49,433 nt of DNA from contig JAGVIV010000017.1 of assembly GCA_020055845.1 (NCBI GenBank), positions 1 through 49,433 of the forward strand, read 5' to 3'. Position numbers and translations under genes: made by a program. The notes under the pieces were generated by a model. That model searched no databases, was not told where the DNA came from, and saw nothing but the letters and a program-made list of their open reading frames with translations. This stretch comes from Betaproteobacteria bacterium. Lineage in GTDB: Bacteria; Pseudomonadota; Gammaproteobacteria; Burkholderiales; Gallionellaceae. Positions 34,735 through 43,583 of this stretch are shown here, piece by piece. Within the stretch, counting starts at the first letter, position 1; every line of letters begins with the position of its first letter.

Positions 34735-35482
34735 GATCTCGATTTCAATTGTGAGTCATCGCCAAGTTCAACTGGTGCACTCTTTGCTGGATGATCTTCA
34801 GCAATACTGTACGGATACTCCGATTGAAGTCATATTGACTGTGAATGTAGAAGAGCCACTTTTATTTGGTATAAGTGATTATAGATTTCCAATTCAAATA
34901 ATTCGCAATGCAGCGCCTAAAGGGTTTGGGGAAAATCACAATGCAGCATTCCTTCTTGCGACTGGTGAATATTTCTGTGTGCTTAATCCGGATATACGGC
35001 TTACCGAGACACCATTTCCTCCACTCATTAAAAATGCGCTAGAGGCTGATGTCGGATTAGTGGCTCCTCGTATTGTCAACGTTGAGGGTGGGCAGGAAGA
35101 TAGTGCCCGGGAATTCCCCTCACGGCTCGAAATAGTAAAAAAAATATTTGGGGGGAAATCCGCTACGCATGCGGACTCATTGAATCTAATATCCAATCCG
35201 GATTGGGTCGCAGGGATGTTCATGTTTTTCCCCCGCCAAGTTTTCCAGAAAATCGGCGGTTTCGATGAGCGTTATTTTCTTTATTATGAAGATGTGGATT
35301 TATGCGCCAGATTAACTCTGGCTAATCTTCGAATTCTTATGTGCTCACAGGTTTCTGTGGTGCATGATGCACGTCGGAGCAGCCACAAAAATTTGCAATA
35401 TATGCTTTTGCACCTGACAAGCATGTTTCGATTCTTTTCTTCTGACGTGTATCAGCAACTTCGACAAAGATCATCCCGTTGA
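34727..35482 (+). CDS. glycosyltransferase family 2
   Basis: ISISIVSHRQ..., NPDIRL and YYEDVDLCAR motifs of the GT2 rhamnosyltransferase-like group. TTG start 9 nt after a strong AAGGAGG SD. 8-nt overlap with the upstream gene. Confidence 0.7.
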   Translation: MPKISISIVSHRQVQLVHSLLDDLQQYCTDTPIEVILTVNVEEPLLFGISDYRFPIQIIRNAAPKGFGENHNAAFLLATGEYFCVLNPDIRLTETPFPPLIKNALEADVGLVAPRIVNVEGGQEDSAREFPSRLEIVKKIFGGKSATHADSLNLISNPDWVAGMFMFFPRQVFQKIGGFDERYFLYYEDVDLCARLTLANLRILMCSQVSVVHDARRSSHKNLQYMLLHLTSMFRFFSSDVYQQLRQRSSR

Positions 35483-36444
35483 ACAATGGACATTTGTTAG
35501 TTACGGGTGCTTCAGGTTTCGTTGGTAATGTATTGTGTAGAGAATTGCTTGCGCGCGACTATTTCGTCAGTGCAGTTTTGCGGAGCAGTGCTGATTCGAA
35601 TTTGCACGGCGCAAACATCGTCTTTATGCCGGAGATATCCGCTGATTCTGACTGGAAAAATTATTTTTGCGGAATATCTACGATTATTCATCTCGCTGCC
35701 CGTGTGCATGTTATGCGCGATGATGCGAAAGATCCTCTGGAAGAATTTCGTAAAGTAAATGTTGCTGGGACGGAACGCTTGGCGCGCGCTGCCGCCGCGA
35801 GTGGAGTCAAGCGACTGGTATACGTCAGTTCAATCAAGGTAAATGGCGAAGCGACCTATGCGGACCAAAAATTCACAGAAACAGATGTTCCTTCCCCGCA
35901 AGATCCTTACGGTATTTCAAAATGGGAAGCCGAGCAGTCGTTGCATCGCATTGCACAAGAAACTGGCCTGGAGGTGGTCATCGTGCGTACACCATTAGTC
36001 TATGGTGCCAGAGTAAGGGGTAATTTTGTGCAGATGTTGGATGCTTTAGTCAAAGGGATTCCTCTGCCATTGGCATGTGTGAATAACCGGCGCAGTCTGA
36101 TGTACGTCGGGAACTTGGTGGATGCCTTGATTGCTTGCGCTACGCATTCTGCTGCGGTGGGAAAAACCTATTTGGTAAGCGACGGCGAAGATGTTTCTAC
36201 TCCGGATTTATTGCGTAATCTGGGTGCGTCGATGGAATATCATGCGCGACTGTTTCCATGTCCTCTTGCTTTATTGAAATTGAGCGGACGCTTACTCGGA
36301 AAATCGAATCAAATCGAGCGGCTATTGGAGTCATTACGTGTCGACAGTGGTAAAATCCGCCGCGAACTTAATTGGACTCCCCCGTATACCCTGCAGCAGG
36401 GGCTTAAAGAAACTGCCGAGTGGTATCGAAACACCTATCTATGA
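35479..36444 (+). CDS. NAD-dependent sugar-nucleotide epimerase/reductase (SDR, WbpK-like)
   Basis: Rossmann motif LLVTGASGFVGNVL right at the N-terminus, which requires the TTG start. Catalytic YGISKWEAE (YxxxK). Confidence 0.75.
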   Translation: MNNGHLLVTGASGFVGNVLCRELLARDYFVSAVLRSSADSNLHGANIVFMPEISADSDWKNYFCGISTIIHLAARVHVMRDDAKDPLEEFRKVNVAGTERLARAAAASGVKRLVYVSSIKVNGEATYADQKFTETDVPSPQDPYGISKWEAEQSLHRIAQETGLEVVIVRTPLVYGARVRGNFVQMLDALVKGIPLPLACVNNRRSLMYVGNLVDALIACATHSAAVGKTYLVSDGEDVSTPDLLRNLGASMEYHARLFPCPLALLKLSGRLLGKSNQIERLLESLRVDSGKIRRELNWTPPYTLQQGLKETAEWYRNTYL

Positions 36445-37418
36445 GCCATTATTCTCCCGTTGTTGCTGCACTGGTAACCATGCTGTTGACCGCCATCATT
36501 CTGCATGGCAGATTTGCTCAGGGCGCACTGGACATTCCCAACGAACGCTCTTTGCATGAGAAGCCGATTCCGCGCATCGGTGGAGTCGCATTGATGTCGG
36601 GTTTGTTGTCAGGTTGGGCGCTAATGTTGCCGGTATTGGTGTGGTGGATTGTCTTGCCTTTGCTGGCGCTGTTTTTCATCTCATTGCTGGACGACATCTA
36701 TCACCTGCCGGTAAAAAAACGCTTGTTGGTGCATATTGTTGCGGCGCTCATTCTGGTAACGGGAAGCGGTCTGTTTGCGCGACACGGAATGCTGCTGGCC
36801 TTATTGGTTTTATTGCTGACAGTGTGGATGACCAATCTGTATAACTTCATGGATGGTTCCGACGGCTTGGCCGGTGGCATGGCGCTATTCGGTTTTTCTT
36901 TCTACGGTTTCGCTGCACTGATCGCGCATGACGATACGCTGGCGATGCTGAACTTTACGATAGGCGCGGCGGCGCTGGGTTTCCTCTATAACAACTTTTA
37001 TCCGGCCAAGATATTCATGGGGGATGCTGGATCCATCCCGCTTGGATTTCTGGCCGCCGGCATAGGATTGTGGGGCTGGCAAAGCGGTGCATGGGGGGCG
37101 TGGTTCCCCGTGCTGGTATTTTCCCCGTTCATCGTGGATGCAAGCGTGACGCTGGCAAGGCGCACACTGCGTGGCGCGCGCATCAGCGAGGCGCATCGCG
37201 AGCATTATTATCAACGTGCGATACAGCTAGGTTGGGGGCATCGTAATGTTGCCTTGTTTGAATACCTGCTGATGTTGGCGGCCGGGCTCTCCGCTTTGTT
37301 CGCGTTGGGAGATGGGCTGCCATGGAAATTGTTCCTGATGTGGTGTGGCGTTTATGCCGGACTCATGCTGGCGTTGGACATCCTCTGGAAAAAATCTGGG
37401 CGAGCGCATGATGCTTAA
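36441..37418 (+). CDS. undecaprenyl-phosphate N-acetylhexosamine-1-phosphate transferase (WecA/WbpL family)
   Basis: Polytopic protein with NLYNFMDGSDGLAGG and FMGDAGSIPLGF motifs. ATGA overlap with the upstream stop. Confidence 0.8.
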   Translation: MSHYSPVVAALVTMLLTAIILHGRFAQGALDIPNERSLHEKPIPRIGGVALMSGLLSGWALMLPVLVWWIVLPLLALFFISLLDDIYHLPVKKRLLVHIVAALILVTGSGLFARHGMLLALLVLLLTVWMTNLYNFMDGSDGLAGGMALFGFSFYGFAALIAHDDTLAMLNFTIGAAALGFLYNNFYPAKIFMGDAGSIPLGFLAAGIGLWGWQSGAWGAWFPVLVFSPFIVDASVTLARRTLRGARISEAHREHYYQRAIQLGWGHRNVALFEYLLMLAAGLSALFALGDGLPWKLFLMWCGVYAGLMLALDILWKKSGRAHDA

Positions 37419-39246
37419 GTCATCCCGGATAAATACGGCGATTGCAATACTGCACGATCTTACGGCCGCCACCCTGGCGTGGTGGTTCGCCTATTTGTTG
37501 CGTTTTAATTTTGACCTGCCAGCCAATTTTCAAAGTGAGATGTGGCGTACTTTGATTTGGGTGATACCGCTTCAGGGGGCAGTCTTTTGGGGCTTTAACT
37601 TGTATCGCGGTATCTGGCGTTATGCCAGTGTGGCCGATCTGCGGCGTATCCTGTTTGCGGTTGTTGCGGCGACCGCGCTTGTTCCATTGGTGCTGGGTTT
37701 GTTCCGTGTGCAGGCCATTGTGCCACGTTCAGTGCTGATCATTGATCCCATCCTGCTGATTCTGTCTATGGGGGGAAGCCGCTTGTTGTATCGCTTGTGG
37801 AAGGAGAATTTGCTGTATGGCGATTTTCATTTGCGCGGCGAGCCGGTGTTGGTGCTGGGGGCGGGCAGTGCCGGTATTGGTCTATCCAAAGAACTTGCGC
37901 GCAGTCGAGAATGGCATCAGGTGGGTTTTCTGGATGATGACGAGGATAAGCAGGGACGTACACTCAACGGGATAAAAGTGCTGGGTAAGTTGGATAGCTT
38001 GCCCTATTGGGCAAAACGTCTCGGGGTGGAACAGATTATTGTGGCGATGCCGACTACGACGCATCAGGTGCGCAGGCATGTCATAGACTTGGCCAGTCAC
38101 AGCGGGGTCAAGGCACAGATGGTGCCGGCCTTTGAAGATTTGTTAAGCGGCAGGGTCGCCATCTCGCAGTTGCGGGCGGTTGAATTGGATGACTTGCTCG
38201 GACGTGATCCGGTGCAACTGGACGATGCCGGCCTGCAAGAGCAATTGGGTGGCAAGGTGGTGCTTGTGACAGGTGCAGGAGGCTCGATAGGCTCCGAGCT
38301 ATGCCGTCAGATTACGCGTTTTCAGCCCCGGCTATTGGTGTTGTACGAGGCCAGTGAATTTGCCTTGTACAATATGGAGCAGGAGTTGACGCATAAATTT
38401 CCGCAGATTGAGATTGTCTATCTGGCCGGTGATGTGCGCGATGCGGCGCGACTCGAACAGGCGTTTGCCGAATATTCGCCCAGCGTGGTGTTTCACGCCG
38501 CAGCCTATAAACATGTGCCATTGATGGAGCGCCACAATGCCTGGCAGGCTGTGCGAAATAATGTCTTTGGTACATGGCAGGTGGCGCAGTGCGCACAGCG
38601 CCACGGCGTAGAAAAATTCGTGCTGATCTCCACCGACAAAGCGGTCAATCCCACGAACATCATGGGAACAAGTAAGCGTATGGCCGAGATGGTTTGCCAG
38701 GGTTTGCAACAGACGGGTGGGACACGTTTCATCATCGTGCGTTTCGGAAATGTGCTGGGAAGCAACGGCAGCGTCATTCCGAAATTCCGCGAGCAAATCG
38801 CCCAAGGCGGTCCGGTCACGGTGACACATCCCGAGATAACGCGTTATTTCATGTCCATCCCCGAGGCCGCCCAGTTGGTGATGCAGGCCGGATGTATGGG
38901 GCGTGGCGGGGAGATATTTGTGTTGGATATGGGTGAGCCGGTGAAGATTGTCGATTTGGCGCGCGACCTCATTCGTCTTTCCGGCATGCGCGATGGAGAT
39001 ATCAAGATCGAGTTTACCGGCCTGCGTCCGGGCGAAAAATTATATGAAGAGTTGTTGGCGGATGATGAAAACACATTGCCGACACCGCACCCAAAATTGC
39101 GCATTGCTCAGGCCCGTATGGTGTCAGCAGACGAGTTGGCTACGATGCTGAGCTGGATCGCGATAGATGTTGCTGTCGCCGATGGCATGGTGCGCGAGCG
39201 TTTGTGCCAATGGGTGCCTGAATACACACCGGATACCCGCCAATGA
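37408..39246 (+). CDS. membrane-anchored UDP-GlcNAc 4,6-dehydratase (WbpM/CapD/PglF family)
   Basis: N-terminal TM helices, VLVTGAGGSIGSEL, STDKAVNPTNIMGTSKR. Start at ATG 37408/37411, just before the upstream stop. Confidence 0.85.
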   Translation: MMLKSSRINTAIAILHDLTAATLAWWFAYLLRFNFDLPANFQSEMWRTLIWVIPLQGAVFWGFNLYRGIWRYASVADLRRILFAVVAATALVPLVLGLFRVQAIVPRSVLIIDPILLILSMGGSRLLYRLWKENLLYGDFHLRGEPVLVLGAGSAGIGLSKELARSREWHQVGFLDDDEDKQGRTLNGIKVLGKLDSLPYWAKRLGVEQIIVAMPTTTHQVRRHVIDLASHSGVKAQMVPAFEDLLSGRVAISQLRAVELDDLLGRDPVQLDDAGLQEQLGGKVVLVTGAGGSIGSELCRQITRFQPRLLVLYEASEFALYNMEQELTHKFPQIEIVYLAGDVRDAARLEQAFAEYSPSVVFHAAAYKHVPLMERHNAWQAVRNNVFGTWQVAQCAQRHGVEKFVLISTDKAVNPTNIMGTSKRMAEMVCQGLQQTGGTRFIIVRFGNVLGSNGSVIPKFREQIAQGGPVTVTHPEITRYFMSIPEAAQLVMQAGCMGRGGEIFVLDMGEPVKIVDLARDLIRLSGMRDGDIKIEFTGLRPGEKLYEELLADDENTLPTPHPKLRIAQARMVSADELATMLSWIAIDVAVADGMVRERLCQWVPEYTPDTRQ

Positions 39247-40505
39247 TAAAACCCATATTTGATCTGGCGCGTATGCGCCGTGCGCTCATCGCGCCTTTGC
39301 AATGGTGTGTCATTCTAATCGGCCTGTCGGTGCCTATTTCGGTCGCGTTCGATAACGTGTTGTTGGCGCTGATCCTGTTGGGCGCTTTATCCAGTCTCCC
39401 CGTTATTTCGCGTATCGTGCTGAGACATCCGGTGGCGCGTGCCGCCATGTTGTTGTTTGCGGTGTTGCTGGCGGCTGTGTTTTACGGCGACACGCCTGTC
39501 CGCGATGCTTTGATCATTCTGGAGAAATATGCCGATCTCGCATTTATTCCTGTATTCATATGGCTGCTTTCCGATGAAACGGTACGACGCAGGGCGCGTC
39601 GTGCGTTTGTCGCGGCGATGGGAATCACCTTACTGGCCTCGTATCTTATTGGCTTGAAAATCGTTCCCGTGCTGTCGTGGATGCATCCCTGGACTGCCCC
39701 GATCAATCCCGCTATTTTTCACAGTCATATCACGCAGAACAACATGATGGCATTCGCCGTGTTTTTGGCGCTGCTTGAATGGCGTGAGGCCGTTGTGTTT
39801 AAGCACAAGATCGCATGGTTGATGTTTGCCGTTCTGGCTATTGTGAATATGCTGTTCATGGTCGAAGGGCGAACCGGTTATCTGATTCTGTTCGTGCTGC
39901 TGGGTTGGTTCGCATGGGCGACTTTTGCGCGCGCCATGGCGCAGCGCGGCAGCAGTTGGGGCTGGCGGCAAAAGGCTGTGCTGGTCGCGGTGCTGCTGCT
40001 GGGGGCGCTTGCGGCGTATCAGGGTTCGGCGCGTTTGCACGATCGCGTGGCAAAGGCGGCGGCGGAGTATCAGGCATGGGTTCCGAATCACGGGGATAGT
40101 TCCATCGGGCAGCGTTTGGATTTTTATTCCAACACCCTGCATATCGTGGCCGAGAATCCTTTGTTGGGGGCAGGAACGGGCGGATTCCCTGCCGCCTATG
40201 AGCGCCGCATTCAAGGTACGGATGCAATCAAGACACGTAACCCGCACAACGAATACCTGATGATTTCGGCGCAAACCGGACTGCTCGGCCTGGTGCTGTT
40301 GCTGTATCTGTTTTATACACACTGGCGCAGTGCCCCGCTTTTGTCCTCAATGTTAGAGCGGGATGGGGCGCGCGGTTTGTTGCTCGCGTATCTGCTCAAC
40401 TGTATGCTCAATTCGGCCTTGATGGACCATGCCGACGGTTTGTTCTTTGCGTTTATGAGTGCAGTGTTATTTGCCAATCTTAAATTAGGGGCTAAGCATG
40501 ACTGA
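39243..40505 (+). CDS. O-antigen ligase / Wzy_C-domain membrane protein
   Basis: 420 aa and polytopic, with a periplasmic-loop motif RNPHNEYLMISAQTGLLGL typical of the WaaL/Wzy_C family. Confidence 0.7.
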   Translation: MIKPIFDLARMRRALIAPLQWCVILIGLSVPISVAFDNVLLALILLGALSSLPVISRIVLRHPVARAAMLLFAVLLAAVFYGDTPVRDALIILEKYADLAFIPVFIWLLSDETVRRRARRAFVAAMGITLLASYLIGLKIVPVLSWMHPWTAPINPAIFHSHITQNNMMAFAVFLALLEWREAVVFKHKIAWLMFAVLAIVNMLFMVEGRTGYLILFVLLGWFAWATFARAMAQRGSSWGWRQKAVLVAVLLLGALAAYQGSARLHDRVAKAAAEYQAWVPNHGDSSIGQRLDFYSNTLHIVAENPLLGAGTGGFPAAYERRIQGTDAIKTRNPHNEYLMISAQTGLLGLVLLLYLFYTHWRSAPLLSSMLERDGARGLLLAYLLNCMLNSALMDHADGLFFAFMSAVLFANLKLGAKHD

Positions 40506-41310
40506 AATGACTTCTGTGACAATAGCTCCTAAACTCAGCGTGTACATCATCACCTACAACGAGGCGGACAAGATTGCTGCTGCTGTGCAAAGTGTATCTT
40601 GGGCGGATGAAGTGTTAGTGCTTGACTCCAACAGTACCGATGCTACGGCGCAAATCGCCACCGAGTTGGGCGCGACTGTTAAACAGCTTCCTTTTATCAC
40701 CTTCGGAAAATTACGCAACGACGCAATTGCAGCTTGCACGCACGAATGGGTTTTCAGCCTCGATGCGGACGAGCGCTGCACGCCGTCGGCGCATGCCGAG
40801 ATTGTTAACTTATTGGCGCAGCCCACTGCTGATGCGTACTATGTCCCTCGCCGCAACTGGTTCATGGGTCGCTGGATTAAGCATAGCGGTTGGTCGCCTG
40901 ACTATCGCCAGCCGCAGTTGTTTCGCAAGGGCGCACTGATATTTGATGACCGCGAAGAAGTGCACGAGTCGTTTCAGGTGCACGGCAAGATTGGCTATTT
41001 CAACTCTTCCATCATCCAAGTGCCATTCCAAAATCTGGAACAACTGGTACACAAGATGCAGCGTTATTCGACGCTGGGTGCGCGCAAGCTGGAGCGCAAG
41101 GGTAAGCGAGTCGGTATGGGAACGGCTTTGCTCCATGGGATATGGGCATTCATCCGCATCTATATCATCAAGCGCGGCTTCCTTGATGGCTGGGCGGGAT
41201 TTGTGCTGGCGCTGGGCAACTTTGAAGGTACTTTTTACCGTTACGCCAAAGCCTCCACTGCACAACTGAACTGGCGAAATCCTCCGGCAGATCATGATGA
41301 GCTGCGATAA
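40498..41310 (+). CDS. glycosyltransferase family 2 (LPS-core WaaE/KdtX-like)
   Basis: LSVYIITYNEADKIAAAVQSVSWADEVLVLDSNSTDAT...SLDADE. The C-terminal YSTLGARKL region is typical of this core-GT group. Confidence 0.75.
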   Translation: MTEMTSVTIAPKLSVYIITYNEADKIAAAVQSVSWADEVLVLDSNSTDATAQIATELGATVKQLPFITFGKLRNDAIAACTHEWVFSLDADERCTPSAHAEIVNLLAQPTADAYYVPRRNWFMGRWIKHSGWSPDYRQPQLFRKGALIFDDREEVHESFQVHGKIGYFNSSIIQVPFQNLEQLVHKMQRYSTLGARKLERKGKRVGMGTALLHGIWAFIRIYIIKRGFLDGWAGFVLALGNFEGTFYRYAKASTAQLNWRNPPADHDELR

Positions 41311-42169
41311 TTTTCGCATCGCGGTCATTGTCACCACCTATAACCGTCCCGATGCATTGGCTGCCGTGCTGGAAGGTTTACTTGCGCAGACCGACTGCAA
41401 CTTTGAAGTTCTCGTGGCCGACGATGGCTCCACTGCAGATACGGCAGAAGTGGTGCAGCAGTTTCAGACGCGTGCCACTTTTCCTGTTCATCATATTTGG
41501 CAGGACGACGACGGTTTCCGTGCCGCCGCAATTCGCAATCGCGCACTCGTATCCACAAAGGCTGACTACATCATTTTCACCGATGGCGACTGTATCCCGC
41601 TTACCGATTTTGTTGCGCGGCACCGTCAGCTCAGTGAGTCGGGCTGCTTCCTTTCCGGCAACCGTTTGCTGCTATCGCAAAAATTTACCGCGCAAATTCT
41701 GCATAAAAAAATTCCTGTCCATCTTTGGTGTTTCAGTGCTTGGCTCAAAGCGCGGGTACAGGGGAAAATAAACCGCCTACTTCCCCTGCTGCGCCTGCCG
41801 GACGTGGCATGGCTACGCAAGCGTTCGCCGCAACGCTGGCAAGGCGCCAAGACCTGCAACCTTTCGGCATTCCGGGAAGATTTGTTGCACGTAAACGGAC
41901 TGGATGAAAGCTACACGGGCTGGGGGCAGGAAGACTCTGATCTAGTCGTCCGCCTGATCCGAGCCGGACTCAGCAACAAGAGCGCGCGCTTTGCTGCGCC
42001 GGTGTTGCACCTGTGGCATAAAGAGAATGACCGCTCACATCTGGAAGAAAACCGTCGTCGATTGCAGCATGTGCTGAGTGCCACTCATATTCGCGCCTTT
42101 AAAGGCTTGGATCAATACCATAACCTAGAAAGCGCGATTGACTGCTCCACAAAGGCCTCAACCCAATGA
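41294..42169 (+). CDS. glycosyltransferase family 2
   Basis: IAVIVTTYNRPDALAAVLEGLLAQ...VLVADDGSTADT...FTDGDCIP, then a C-terminal GWGQEDSDL segment. Confidence 0.7.
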   Translation: MMSCDNFRIAVIVTTYNRPDALAAVLEGLLAQTDCNFEVLVADDGSTADTAEVVQQFQTRATFPVHHIWQDDDGFRAAAIRNRALVSTKADYIIFTDGDCIPLTDFVARHRQLSESGCFLSGNRLLLSQKFTAQILHKKIPVHLWCFSAWLKARVQGKINRLLPLLRLPDVAWLRKRSPQRWQGAKTCNLSAFREDLLHVNGLDESYTGWGQEDSDLVVRLIRAGLSNKSARFAAPVLHLWHKENDRSHLEENRRRLQHVLSATHIRAFKGLDQYHNLESAIDCSTKASTQ

Positions 42170-42221
42170 CTAGAAAAGAATTCCGTTATTTTTTCAACTG
42201 CGGTTTTAAGAATCCGCCATA

Positions 42222-43190
42222 ATGACAGGTGATAGTGTGAATGAAAATTCCAAGATGATTTCGCTGGTTGCACCTTTCTATAACGAAGAATTGGTCGTCG
42301 ATAAATTTTTCTCTCGAGTTATTCCGATTCTTGAAAAATTAGGGTGTCCATATGAAATTGTTTGCGTAAATGATGGGAGCGGGGATGCAACACTTGCTCT
42401 GTTGCTCAAATATGCTGATGAAAACTCTTCCATTAAGGTCGTTGATCTGTCGCGTAATTTCGGAAAAGAAGCTGCGCTTACGGCGGCATTGGATGCCGCT
42501 GTCGGTGATGCCGTCATTCCAATTGACTGTGACCTGCAGGATCCTCCCGAACTGATTCCACGTATGGTCGAACTCTGGGCTGCCGGCGCAGAAGTGGTTC
42601 TTGCTCGACGTGCAGATCGATCCTCAGATTCATGGCTGAAACGAACATCGGCAGCTCTGTTTTATAAAATTCACAATCAGGTTTCGGATTTTGCCATTCC
42701 CGAAAATGTAGGGGACTTTCGTTTGATGGATCGCGCTGTGGTCAATGTTATTCGTTCATTGCCTGAGACCCGCCGATTCATGAAAGGCATATTCGCTTGG
42801 GCCGGTTTTAAATCGGTCACCCTCGATTATGAAAGGGAGCAGCGAATTGCGGGAAGTAGTAAGTTCAATGGCTGGAAACTGTGGAATTTTGCGTTGGAAG
42901 GCATTACTTCATTTTCGACTGCGCCGTTAAAAATATTGCTCTATCTCGGCATAGTGGTTGCGTTGTTTTCCCTGTGCTACGCCGTTTTTATATTCGTAAA
43001 AACGCTTGTGCTGGGAATAGACGTGCCGGGCTATGCTTCCATTTTGACTTCCATCCTTTTCCTCGGCGGAATACAACTCATCGGTATCGGCATTCTCGGT
43101 GAATATATTGGGCGTATGTATATGGAAACCAAACGCAGGCCCGTCTACGTTGTTAGAAAAATCAATATGCAGCCCCCCGAGGTTAAGTAA
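42222..43190 (+). CDS. polyprenyl-phosphate glycosyltransferase (GtrB/ArnC/DPM1-like GT2 with C-terminal TM helices)
   Basis: ISLVAPFYNEE...VCVNDGSGDAT...DLSRNFGKEAAL...DCDLQDPPELI...GDFRLMDR, plus two C-terminal TM helices. The exact start is uncertain (42222, 42237 GTG or 42255). Confidence 0.8.
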   Translation: MTGDSVNENSKMISLVAPFYNEELVVDKFFSRVIPILEKLGCPYEIVCVNDGSGDATLALLLKYADENSSIKVVDLSRNFGKEAALTAALDAAVGDAVIPIDCDLQDPPELIPRMVELWAAGAEVVLARRADRSSDSWLKRTSAALFYKIHNQVSDFAIPENVGDFRLMDRAVVNVIRSLPETRRFMKGIFAWAGFKSVTLDYEREQRIAGSSKFNGWKLWNFALEGITSFSTAPLKILLYLGIVVALFSLCYAVFIFVKTLVLGIDVPGYASILTSILFLGGIQLIGIGILGEYIGRMYMETKRRPVYVVRKINMQPPEVK

Positions 43191-43583
43191 GTGTTGAAGC
43201 TGCAGCTTGCCCGTTTTGCAGTAGTGGGCATTATTAATACGCTGACGCATTTGGGGGTGTTAATACTGGCTGTTGAGTGGTTGCATATATATCCGGTGAT
43301 TGCATCCATACTTGGCTTTGCTGCAGCGGTGAGTATCTCGTACATACTCAATCACCGCTGGACTTTTGAATCCAGCCAAGAGCACAGCGTTACTCTGTGG
43401 CGATTTATTGTGGTTTCGCTTTTTGGTTTGGCTCTGAATACGGTGCTGATGCTGCTGCTGTTGCAGTATTTCCACTGGTGGTATTTTTGGGCGCAGCTGG
43501 GTGTTCTTCTGGTTGTTCCGTTGAGTAACTTTATACTTAATCGATACTGGACCTTTAATGTCCGGCAAGGCTTTAAAAAATGA
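43191..43583 (+). CDS. GtrA-family membrane protein (putative polyprenyl-phosphate-sugar flippase)
   Basis: 130 aa with 4 TM. RFAVVGIINTLTHLGVL and NRYWTF (twice) are typical of the GtrA family. The GTG start directly abuts the upstream TAA. Confidence 0.75.
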   Translation: MLKLQLARFAVVGIINTLTHLGVLILAVEWLHIYPVIASILGFAAAVSISYILNHRWTFESSQEHSVTLWRFIVVSLFGLALNTVLMLLLLQYFHWWYFWAQLGVLLVVPLSNFILNRYWTFNVRQGFKK

